The notes under the pieces were generated by a model. The model was given only the letters and a program-made list of their open reading frames with translations. It made no database searches and had not been told where the DNA came from. This document shows positions 35,693 through 42,882 of a stretch of DNA of 50,116 nucleotides, piece after piece (position 1 is the stretch's first letter; every line of letters starts with the position of its first letter). A program made the translations under genes and the position numbers. The DNA is from a virus (Duplodnaviria > Caudoviricetes): the IMG/VR virus record IMGVR_UViG_3300012843_000003, positions 1 to 50,116 of that record; one strand, 5' to 3'.

Positions 35693-36489
35693 GCCGCACC
35701 TCGCACAGCCTTGTCGTGGGTGTGCAGGCCGTCCCAGTTCTTCTTCATGGGCAGCTCGCCGGCCAAGTACAGCTCGTACAGGCGCACGGCGCCCTTGCGC
35801 AGCAGGATCGGCGTGTAGCTGATGAACGACTCCTTCCCGTGCGGAGCGATCGTCTGCTGATGCTCGGTCATGTACTTGTCGCGGGCGTAGGCGGCGACGC
35901 GGTAGCGGGTACCAGACTTGCTCTCGTTGTAGAGCCAGTTGCGGCCTTCAAGGAAGTGGCCCACCTGCATGACGTTGACCCCGTTGAGGCCTTTGCAGAA
36001 CTGGACGTGGCTCATGCCTTCCTTGAACAGGTTCTCCAGGTGGTCGATCTTCTTGGCCTGGGCCTCGACCTGGACTGTGAGCAGCACGCGGGCCTTCTCC
36101 GACTCCAGGGCCATCTGGAGAATCTCCAGCTTGCTCAGGTCGGCGGGCGTGGGCTGGGCAACATGCGCCTCCAGTTGCTGCCAGCGGTCTACCAGCGCGG
36201 CAGTGAACTCCGGCGACAGCTGCGCAACAACGACGAAACTGTCGCGCTTCCCGATCAGATACTGCTTGATGCAAAGGGGGCCGGGCCCTGGGTTTGGGAC
36301 TTCCTCAAATTGAGGGAGTCCGATCAAGCCTTTGGCGTGCAGTGATTCAATGGTGCGCCACACGTTGTCGTGCCGCTTCTGGGTGACCTCGGCGATCTCC
36401 CGCGACGACATGCGCGCCACGAAATCGCGGTTTGCATTTTGTGGCGCGGTCCTTTGCAGGGCCTGTACACTGGTGGTCTGCATATGCAT
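35689..36489 (-). CDS. rha: Rha-family regulator with C-terminal antirepressor (KilAC-like) domain
   Basis: 'MSSREIAEVTQKRHDNVWRTIE...VVAQLSPEFTAALVDRWQQLE'. Confidence 0.85.
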   Translation of the reverse strand: MHMQTTSVQALQRTAPQNANRDFVARMSSREIAEVTQKRHDNVWRTIESLHAKGLIGLPQFEEVPNPGPGPLCIKQYLIGKRDSFVVVAQLSPEFTAALVDRWQQLEAHVAQPTPADLSKLEILQMALESEKARVLLTVQVEAQAKKIDHLENLFKEGMSHVQFCKGLNGVNVMQVGHFLEGRNWLYNESKSGTRYRVAAYARDKYMTEHQQTIAPHGKESFISYTPILLRKGAVRLYELYLAGELPMKKNWDGLHTHDKAVRGAA

Positions 36490-36521
36490 AATTCACCTCA
36501 GATGTTTTGTGTTTTGCAGAG

Positions 36522-36547
36522 AGCCGGGCCGCAATCCCGGCTTTTTT
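36522..36547 (+). terminator. Plus-strand intrinsic terminator (antisense to the PR operon)
   Basis: AGCCGGG-CCGCAAT-CCCGGCT followed by Ts. Confidence 0.7.
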
Positions 36548-36612
36548 GTCTCTGCGATTTGGCGTCCCTTATGAGGGACTGGCGTCCGGGTCCCTAATTA
36601 GGGATCGGACGG

Positions 36613-36822
36613 TTACCTTGGCGCCGCGAACGGCACCACGTTGTCGCTCTTGGGTTTGCCCCTCATCGAGAGGAAGCGGGTGGCCATGCCGACGATCTGC
36701 GATGCAAGTTCGTCGGGGGTAAGGCCGGCCTCCTCCGCCCAGGCTTCCAGCTCCTGGAAGTCGGAACGGCGGAACTGCTCGACCTTCACGTCGTGCTGTA
36801 CTGCTTCGTTTGCAGGCGACAT
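36613..36822 (-). CDS. Small RHH-like protein B2
   Basis: 'ELEAWAEEAGLTPDELASQIV...VVPF'; GGAGG RBS. Confidence 0.7.
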   Translation of the reverse strand: MSPANEAVQHDVKVEQFRRSDFQELEAWAEEAGLTPDELASQIVGMATRFLSMRGKPKSDNVVPFAAPR

Positions 36823-36842
36823 TCGTCCTCCCCTGGACCTAT

Positions 36843-37049
36843 TCAGGCCCTGGCCTTCTTCTCGTTGATCAGCGGCAAGTGGCCGTGCTCTTTCTTGAAC
36901 GCCAGCGCGGCCAGGATGATTTCCCGGGCCAGCACGCTGTGCTGCGCCTTGAGCTCCAGGGCAAAGTCCTTGAGCTCGTTGAAGTCCTCGTCATCCAAGC
37001 GGACCTTGACCTGATGGTCGTGGCGGTGAGCTTTGTCGTCGTAGGCCAT
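36843..37049 (-). CDS. Small RHH-like protein A2
   Basis: 'HRHDHQVKVRLDDEDFNEL...QHSVLAREII'. Confidence 0.75.
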   Translation of the reverse strand: MAYDDKAHRHDHQVKVRLDDEDFNELKDFALELKAQHSVLAREIILAALAFKKEHGHLPLINEKKARA

Positions 37050-37110
37050 CGGGTGTCCCCTGCGCGCTGGGTAGATCGTTCGGGCTTATCAGTTACGCGT
37101 CAGGGCCGGT

Positions 37111-37290
37111 TCAGGCCCTGCGATGAAACGGTGTTACCGGTCCCCGTGGATTACGGGGCTTGGTTCGGCTGGCCAGTTCTCGACGAATCAACTCGGCGGC
37201 GAGCGCTTCGGGGCTGACGCCCCTTCTTTCCGCTTCCCGCTCAAGCTGTTCCATCAGTCCCTGGTCCAATCCGATTTCTTCAATCGGCAT
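37111..37290 (-). CDS. Small RHH-like protein B1 (59 aa, not in ORF track)
   Basis: MPIEEIGLDQGLMEQLEREAERRGVSPEALAAELIRRELASRTKPRNPRGPVTPFHRRA; AGGAGG RBS. Confidence 0.75.
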   Translation of the reverse strand: MPIEEIGLDQGLMEQLEREAERRGVSPEALAAELIRRELASRTKPRNPRGPVTPFHRRA

Positions 37291-37308
37291 GGGGCCTCCT
37301 ACGGGCCT

Positions 37309-37497
37309 TCAGGCCACGTGCTGATCGCCGGTATTCTCCGAAGACAGGGCGGCCAGCTGAGCTTCCAGCAGCTCACGGCAGAGCACAGCGCGCTGAGTGC
37401 GATGGAATTTCGCCAGCGCCTGAATCAGTTCGAACGTGTCCTCATCGACCCGGACCTTGATCTCGCGGTCATGCAGGTGCTTGGGATTGGCGTACAT
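37309..37497 (-). CDS. Small RHH-like protein A1
   Basis: 'HLHDREIKVRVDEDTFELI...QRAVLCRELL'; AGGAG RBS. Confidence 0.75.
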   Translation of the reverse strand: MYANPKHLHDREIKVRVDEDTFELIQALAKFHRTQRAVLCRELLEAQLAALSSENTGDQHVA

Positions 37498-37527
37498 GCG
37501 GGGATTGCTCCTTGCTATGGAAATTGA

Positions 37528-37764
37528 TTAAGCCGCGCCCTTCAGCGCTTTGCGTGCAAACGGGATGAGGTCTGGGCGAAGACCGGCGATGGTGATTTCG
37601 CCGTCGGATGCGTCCTGCAGGCGCTCAGCAAGATCAACAGAGGCCTTCCGATGACCACCTGCGAGCTGCCAGAGATGGCCAACAGTGGTCTTCGCCTCAG
37701 CAGCTACGTCCCGCCGGCGATCGTTGGTGGCGGTGGCCAACCATTCACGGAGGTGATCATTCAT
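37528..37764 (-). CDS. cro: Cro-like repressor (YdaS type)
   Basis: 'TTVGHLWQLAGGHRKAS...LRPDL'; divergent from cI; start at 37764. Confidence 0.85.
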   Translation of the reverse strand: MNDHLREWLATATNDRRRDVAAEAKTTVGHLWQLAGGHRKASVDLAERLQDASDGEITIAGLRPDLIPFARKALKGAA

Positions 37765-37790
37765 GTGGGTTCTCCTTACACATATGGCGG

Positions 37791-37857
37791 AATTTAGCTC
37801 ATGGCTAATGCTTGAGCAAGGAGAATTTAGCTTTGCGCACATTTAGCACTGAGCTAA
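37791..37857. promoter_or_regulatory. OR operators and PR promoter
   Basis: TTAGC-N5-GCTAA at 37794 and 37843, degenerate copy at 37827; minus-strand TTGCTC-17 bp-TAAATT. Confidence 0.8.
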
Positions 37858-37877
37858 ACGCTGGCATTCTTCGCACC

Positions 37878-38717
37878 ATGGATATCTACGAAATTCGCAA
37901 GCACAACCTGGTCAAGCTGATTGGCAGCCAGAGAAAGGGATCCTGCGCGGAGCGCTGGGGGATGGCGCCTGCGCACCTGAGCCAGATCCTTTCGGACAAG
38001 ACGGCCAAGAACCTGGGCGACGACGTAGCCCGCCGGATTGAGGAAGTGGAGAAATTGCCGCGAGGCTGGTTCGACTCAATTCCTGCAAGTGATGACGCTC
38101 TACCGCACGGCGAGGCCCTGGACAGCAAGCTGTCTGCTGCCGAACTGGTGAAACAGATGCTCGCGAAAAGCGGGAAAGGTATTCCAGAGGAGACGCGGCA
38201 GCGGTTGCTAGCTGCCGCCGAGGCGCCAGTAGATGGTAAGCCTGGCGACGCCAGCCTTGTGAAAGCTGATCTGAATCGGCCAGGACTGGTCGGCGATGAG
38301 GTGTGGATCGCTCACTACGATGTCCGCGGCGCCATGGGCGGCGGTGAGGTGACTCATGATTTCCCGGAAATGCTCCAAGACGTCCGCGTCAGCCCTAAGC
38401 ACCTGCGCGAGCTCGGTGTCGAGTTCAAAGAGCACTACCACCTGAAGCTAGTCACCGGCTGGGGCCAGTCGATGGCACCCACGATCAAGAGCCGCGACCC
38501 GCTCATCGTGGACGTGAGCATCCGTGAATTCGTGGGTGACGGGATCTACTACTTCTCCTGGGGCGGACACGAGTACATCAAGCGACTGCAGATTGCAGAC
38601 GAGGACTACTTCGAGATGATCTCGGACAATCCTCAGCACAAGGATCGGATGATCCGCCGGGAAGAGACGTACATCCAAGCCCGGGTGCTGCTGGTCTGGA
38701 ATGCGCATCTGGTGTAG
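37878..38717 (+). CDS. cI: CI repressor (HTH + S24 autopeptidase)
   Basis: N-terminal HTH; 'GAMGGG' cleavage region, 'GQSMAPTI' Ser, 'YIKRLQ' Lys; start at 37878. Confidence 0.92.
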   Translation: MDIYEIRKHNLVKLIGSQRKGSCAERWGMAPAHLSQILSDKTAKNLGDDVARRIEEVEKLPRGWFDSIPASDDALPHGEALDSKLSAAELVKQMLAKSGKGIPEETRQRLLAAAEAPVDGKPGDASLVKADLNRPGLVGDEVWIAHYDVRGAMGGGEVTHDFPEMLQDVRVSPKHLRELGVEFKEHYHLKLVTGWGQSMAPTIKSRDPLIVDVSIREFVGDGIYYFSWGGHEYIKRLQIADEDYFEMISDNPQHKDRMIRREETYIQARVLLVWNAHLV

Positions 38718-38785
38718 CAGCAGACTGCTGCCATGCGGGAAACAATTGGACGGTGCAACCATAGATTTTAATTGGGAGGGATGCC

Positions 38786-39358
38786 ATGCGAGGGCTGGGG
38801 ATAGCGATACTTGTGACAGGGGTGGTGGTCATCCTTGGTGCGCTGGTGATGGATGTGACCGTTTACTCAGGCGCCGGTCGCGTAAACAACTTGGGCTTGA
38901 TGGCTGATCGCCAGAACTACACCATCATCGGCGGCATACTTTTGATTACCGGGCTGTTGCTGACGCTATTCGCCCGGCGACAGGAGCATGCCATGCAGCA
39001 ACCTGGCCTTGATTCCAGGCCTTGCCCAAGCTGCGCAGAAATCATCAAAACTGCAGCGATCAAATGCAAGCACTGCGGAACTGATGTGCAGCCAGCACCT
39101 CCGGCCAGGTTGATAGAGGGATGGGTTGCATCGGTACCCTGCAGAGAGGGCCCAGAACAAATCAGGGCTGTTGAAGCGATTGAAGCCTTGGGCTTTCATG
39201 CTGTGCCCATGGAGGGGGCGAATGTTGGAGCTGGGCCATTCTTCACCAAGGATGATGCTAAGCGGGCTGTTCGCCAACTTTCTGATCAATACAAGCTCTT
39301 CGCGGATGTGGATTACCGTGATCGGGCAAGCGGAAAATTCCCACCCTTACCTGAATAA
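38786..39358 (+). CDS. 2-TM protein with Zn ribbon and SPOR-like C-terminus
   Basis: Two TM helices, CPSC...CKHC, 'VGAGPFFTKDDAKRAVRQL'. Confidence 0.75.
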   Translation: MRGLGIAILVTGVVVILGALVMDVTVYSGAGRVNNLGLMADRQNYTIIGGILLITGLLLTLFARRQEHAMQQPGLDSRPCPSCAEIIKTAAIKCKHCGTDVQPAPPARLIEGWVASVPCREGPEQIRAVEAIEALGFHAVPMEGANVGAGPFFTKDDAKRAVRQLSDQYKLFADVDYRDRASGKFPPLPE

Positions 39359-39372
39359 TGATCCCTGACGAG

Positions 39373-39396
39373 AGCCCGCCGACTGGCGGGCTTTTT
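39373..39396 (+). terminator. Immunity operon terminator
   Basis: AGCCCGCC-GACT-GGCGGGCT-TTTT. Confidence 0.8.
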
Positions 39397-39404
39397 CATG
39401 CCCA

Positions 39405-39731
39405 TCAGAAAGGCGCCGCCTCCTTCTCGGCCTCCTCCTCCTTATCGCGCTCAGCGAAATAGTCGTCCCGCTCCTCGTTGGCCTGGAGCTCCCACCGGAC
39501 AGTCACGCTCCCGTCGTCGTTGAACGTCAGATCCAGCTCCGGCGTTTCAGCGAGCAAGCCCATCACCTCTTCCCATTCAGCTTCGCCGTCCGTGTCCAGG
39601 CGATGGATCGTCACCCAGCGCTGCGTCTGCGCGAGCGGGTGGTTGATCATCGACGAGACTCGAAGCCCCAGACGCTCTACTCCGGACATTTCCTGGCGCT
39701 GCTGCGGTGCCGATTTCTTGTGCTTGGACAT
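39405..39731 (-). CDS. DUF1654-like protein
   Basis: 'ERLGLRVSSMINHPLAQTQRWVTIHRLDTD...WEEV...DDGSVTVRW'. Confidence 0.8.
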   Translation of the reverse strand: MSKHKKSAPQQRQEMSGVERLGLRVSSMINHPLAQTQRWVTIHRLDTDGEAEWEEVMGLLAETPELDLTFNDDGSVTVRWELQANEERDDYFAERDKEEEAEKEAAPF

Positions 39732-39748
39732 AGCTCCCTCCTCTTAAG

Positions 39749-39764
39749 CTGTATATTCGTACAG
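39749..39764. promoter_or_regulatory. LexA (SOS) box
   Basis: CTGT-ATATTCGT-ACAG just upstream of the DUF1654 RBS. Confidence 0.85.
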
Positions 39765-39777
39765 TAATTTCAGAAGC

Positions 39778-39902
39778 ATAGCTCAGTGCTAAATCCGAGG
39801 TAAATACCCGCAGCTCGATTTCTTCGCCGGGATGTGATTTGTCGCCCAGCGAAATTTATTTAGCTCTGAGCTATTGACTAAGCTTTAGCGCATGGCTAAA
39901 TT
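39778..39902 (+). promoter_or_regulatory. OL operators and PL promoter
   Basis: TAGC-N5-GCTA at 39778, 39860 and 39885; TTGACT (39874)-17 bp-TAAATT (39897). Confidence 0.8.
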
Positions 39903-39952
39903 TCACCTCAAGCAGTCACTCACGAGGGACTGCAGAGGCCCTCACTGGCCGC

Positions 39953-39964
39953 CGCTCTTTAACA
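39953..39964 (+). promoter_or_regulatory. boxA antitermination element (nutL-like)
   Basis: CGCTCTTTAACA, the consensus boxA, about 45 nt after the PL start. Confidence 0.75.
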
Positions 39965-40332
39965 GCCAGCGCCATGCACGACTACCCGGCCCCGCCGGTT
40001 AGGTCACTCCCGGCTCCATCGGTGGGAGGTCAGTAAACCGATGAACAAAACCGCACTTGCCTCTACCGGCGACCGGCGATCCGACAGGCCCGAAAGCCTG
40101 CCCACGCGCAGCCCACTGCGACGGCGGACGAGGTGGTGACCGAACTGAGTGAATGACCTGGTAAGCGAGTGCGGAGAAAGACAGAACGATTTAGTGATGC
40201 CGTCTCGATGAGGCGGCATTACGCAGCATCACCTGAGCCCACTCGAAGAGCTGGCTGAGGGATGCGAGAGCGCATCCAGGCAGTAAAGGCAATCGTGCCA
40301 GACCATGATTTTTATCGTCAGGAGACATACCC

Positions 40333-41007
40333 ATGACCGTAAACATCAGCAATCTAACGATCACGACCCCAGTGGCCACTTCATCCACCAACCCCGTAGC
40401 TCTTGAGCTCAGCGGCGCCGAAGCGATCGCTCAGTACCCAAGCGTGGTGACTGTCCTGGCCGATGGCTCAGTTCAGTTTTCGGCGCCAACCAAAGGCGCG
40501 TCGAGTAAAAGCACCCACCGCACGCGCTGCGAGTGGAAAGAGGCCAGCTACTGGTCTTTGGCCAGCGCAGCCGAGCACATCAACATGCAGGAGATGGCGC
40601 TCACGAAGGTCAACTCCGCGCAGAAAGTGGTGATCTCGCAACTGCACGTGAAGGACGATGACAGCCCGCCAGTGAAGGTCTTCTGGAGCAAAGGGAACAT
40701 CACCTTGGGCTTCCGCGAAACGTTCAACCAGGCCACGCCGAACAACACCACCCTTCTCAAAGGCGTGCCTCTGGGTTCGAAGTTCACCGTCACTATCCGC
40801 GTGCTCGCCTCGGGCGCTTTGACCGTGACCGCCAGTTGCAATGGCAAGGCCGGGTCGTCCGGCAGCCTCCACATGGACAGTTCCTGGCGCTCATCGCTGC
40901 TGAACTTCCACGGCGGCGTTTACAACCAGGTCGATTACACCGACGCCACTCCAGCTGACGACGGCTCAATCTGCATCGTGAGCGACCTAGCACTCACCCA
41001 TACGTAA
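40333..41007 (+). CDS. Polysaccharide lyase family 7 (alginate lyase-like)
   Basis: 'RTRCEWKE', 'VISQLH', 'NFHGGVYNQ' correspond to PL7 RxELR / QIH / YFKAGxYxQ; AGGAG RBS; no signal peptide. Confidence 0.8.
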   Translation: MTVNISNLTITTPVATSSTNPVALELSGAEAIAQYPSVVTVLADGSVQFSAPTKGASSKSTHRTRCEWKEASYWSLASAAEHINMQEMALTKVNSAQKVVISQLHVKDDDSPPVKVFWSKGNITLGFRETFNQATPNNTTLLKGVPLGSKFTVTIRVLASGALTVTASCNGKAGSSGSLHMDSSWRSSLLNFHGGVYNQVDYTDATPADDGSICIVSDLALTHT

Positions 41008-41204
41008 TCTGCTGGCACGCCAGCATGCAGGCGAATCCGGGGCCTACCCGGCCAGACCAGATGCTTCCCGGGCGGCTCCGGGCGCCTGCACCCTTCCCTT
41101 CACTTCGACCGCATTGGCAGGCGCCAGGCCACCTTTCACGGTGGGTTTGGTCACCCGCGCCTGGCTCCTGGCCAATGCGGCCGCACAACCCCCAGGAGGA
41201 CGCC

Positions 41205-41618
41205 ATGGGCGCACTTCGAGCAGCACAGTTTGAGTACGACAACCGGATGCCGCCGGCGGTGAGTGAAAGCTCGCCCGAGGAACGCTGGATCGACGACGGC
41301 ATCGCTGAGCTGATGGCGCGCCGCGACTTCGTGTTTCAGCGCCGCCTGCGGCCGCAGCAGGGTGTCACCTTCGAGCGCTTCGCCCAGGCGGTTGATGAGT
41401 TCGTGATGGGCCAGTTGGGCCAAACAGGCATAAGCGGTTCGGTTCTGGGCCGGCTGGTCCTGGCCGCGCGGTGTAAATCATCCGGCGACGCGGCTGCCGC
41501 AGCGGACGAGGCTATGAACGTGCCAAACCCTGAATCCATGCTGCAGGAGATCGCCCGGACGCTGCTCAAGCCCTTCGCGAAAGAGGGAGTGCTGGCCCAG
41601 GCCGAGGACGCGCAATGA
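41205..41618 (+). CDS. Hypothetical early protein
   Basis: AGGAGG RBS before ATG 41205. Confidence 0.75.
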   Translation: MGALRAAQFEYDNRMPPAVSESSPEERWIDDGIAELMARRDFVFQRRLRPQQGVTFERFAQAVDEFVMGQLGQTGISGSVLGRLVLAARCKSSGDAAAAADEAMNVPNPESMLQEIARTLLKPFAKEGVLAQAEDAQ

Positions 41619-41809
41619 GAAGCCCGCACGTCCTGATCGACGAAGAGCTCGACGCCCTGGCACACCCCGGCACCGACCTGAGCTGGCAAGTGATGGTGCA
41701 GAAGCTCCTGACCGAAATGCTGGCCGACCAGCGCATCACCATCGAAGAGTTCAACCACTACTGCGGGCGCCTCAACAAGATCGTTGATGGGCGCAAGGAG
41801 GTCGCGTGA
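41615..41809 (+). CDS. Hypothetical early protein
   Basis: Translationally coupled 64-aa ORF. Confidence 0.7.
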   Translation: MRSPHVLIDEELDALAHPGTDLSWQVMVQKLLTEMLADQRITIEEFNHYCGRLNKIVDGRKEVA

Positions 41810-42378
41810 TCAATATCCCCGAAGGCACACAGTTCATCGAGTCCGGTTGCGGCAACAAAGGGTTCCGGAAGTACGAGAAAGGCCAGTGGTGGTTCTTTGA
41901 AGGTTTCTGGCGTGTGGTTGACTGGAAGATGGGGGATCTAACCCCTGTTAGCAGCCACCCAGACTACGCCGCGCCAATCGAATCGTGGGATGGCAAAGGC
42001 ATGCCCCCAGTTGGAACTGAGTGCGAGTTCACGGGGCACAGTCCAAGTGAGTACGACAAAACGGACCCAGATCTGCATGTCGGCGACAAGGTGAAGATTA
42101 TCGCGCACTTCCATGTCGAAGGCGGATTCAAGATGGCGGCGTTCTTGTTTAATGCCCAGCTGCACAACAAGAACCGGGGGCCTGCCTACGTAGAACAGGG
42201 CGGGGCTGGATGTTTCCGCCCAATCCGCACTCCAGAGCAGATCGCGGCAGAGGAGCGCGAGCAGGCCATCAAGCAGATGATCTCGGACACTCACATCCTC
42301 GCTGGAACAATGGGCAATCGCCAAATGATGGCAGAGCAGCTCTACGACGCCGGCTACCGCAAGCAGGAGGCATCATGA
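41806..42378 (+). CDS. Hypothetical early protein
   Basis: 'WDGKGMPPVGTECEF...FRPIRTPEQIAAEERE...LYDAGYRK' phage motif. Confidence 0.75.
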   Translation: MINIPEGTQFIESGCGNKGFRKYEKGQWWFFEGFWRVVDWKMGDLTPVSSHPDYAAPIESWDGKGMPPVGTECEFTGHSPSEYDKTDPDLHVGDKVKIIAHFHVEGGFKMAAFLFNAQLHNKNRGPAYVEQGGAGCFRPIRTPEQIAAEEREQAIKQMISDTHILAGTMGNRQMMAEQLYDAGYRKQEAS

Positions 42379-42596
42379 CCACGCCAATCGTGAAGACGCT
42401 CATCGACGAGCAGGTCGCCGAACTGCCCGAGGCTCAAGCCATGCCGGCCGACCGGGTCTTGATGCTGTTCAAGGGGCCGACGTTCGCCGCCGCGGTGAAT
42501 GAGGCGGCGCTGGCCAGCATCGAGAACCCGCAGGCCTGGAAATGCCGAGCCTGCATTTGCGGCGAGTGGACGGTCGGCTATGAGGTTCGGGCTTGA
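42375..42596 (+). CDS. Hypothetical early protein
   Basis: 'MTTPIVKTLIDEQ...CRACICGEW'; AGGAGG RBS. Confidence 0.7.
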   Translation: MTTPIVKTLIDEQVAELPEAQAMPADRVLMLFKGPTFAAAVNEAALASIENPQAWKCRACICGEWTVGYEVRA

Positions 42597-42709
42597 CCTC
42601 TTACCGGCGGGCCCGTCGCTTTGTCACCTGGCGCGGCTCCTTCATCGCCCTCACCTTCTGCACCGGCTGGCTCCTCCTGAGCGCCCTGGCAGGAACCATC
42701 ACTTCCTGA
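42593..42709 (+). CDS. 38-aa membrane peptide (not in ORF track)
   Basis: TTG start overlapping the previous TGA; (M)TSYRRARRFVTWRGSFIALTFCTGWLLLSALAGTITS. Confidence 0.55.
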   Translation: MTSYRRARRFVTWRGSFIALTFCTGWLLLSALAGTITS

Positions 42710-42882
42710 ATTCACACCCGGCGCACGGCGGGCCTTCGGGATAACCGTACCCCTTCGGGAGCGTAAGCGGCGAGAGCGCGCAACCATCCACCGCAGCCAG
42801 GGCCTGGGCGGCACCTCCAATCTGGGTGACCTGGCATTCCCCTATTCCAACTGACGGCGCCGGCCTGGCGCGAGGTTTTCCA

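Noticed and set aside
40051-40174. tRNA
   Set aside because: Multibranch but too long, with no TTCG T-loop, D-loop consensus or CCA end
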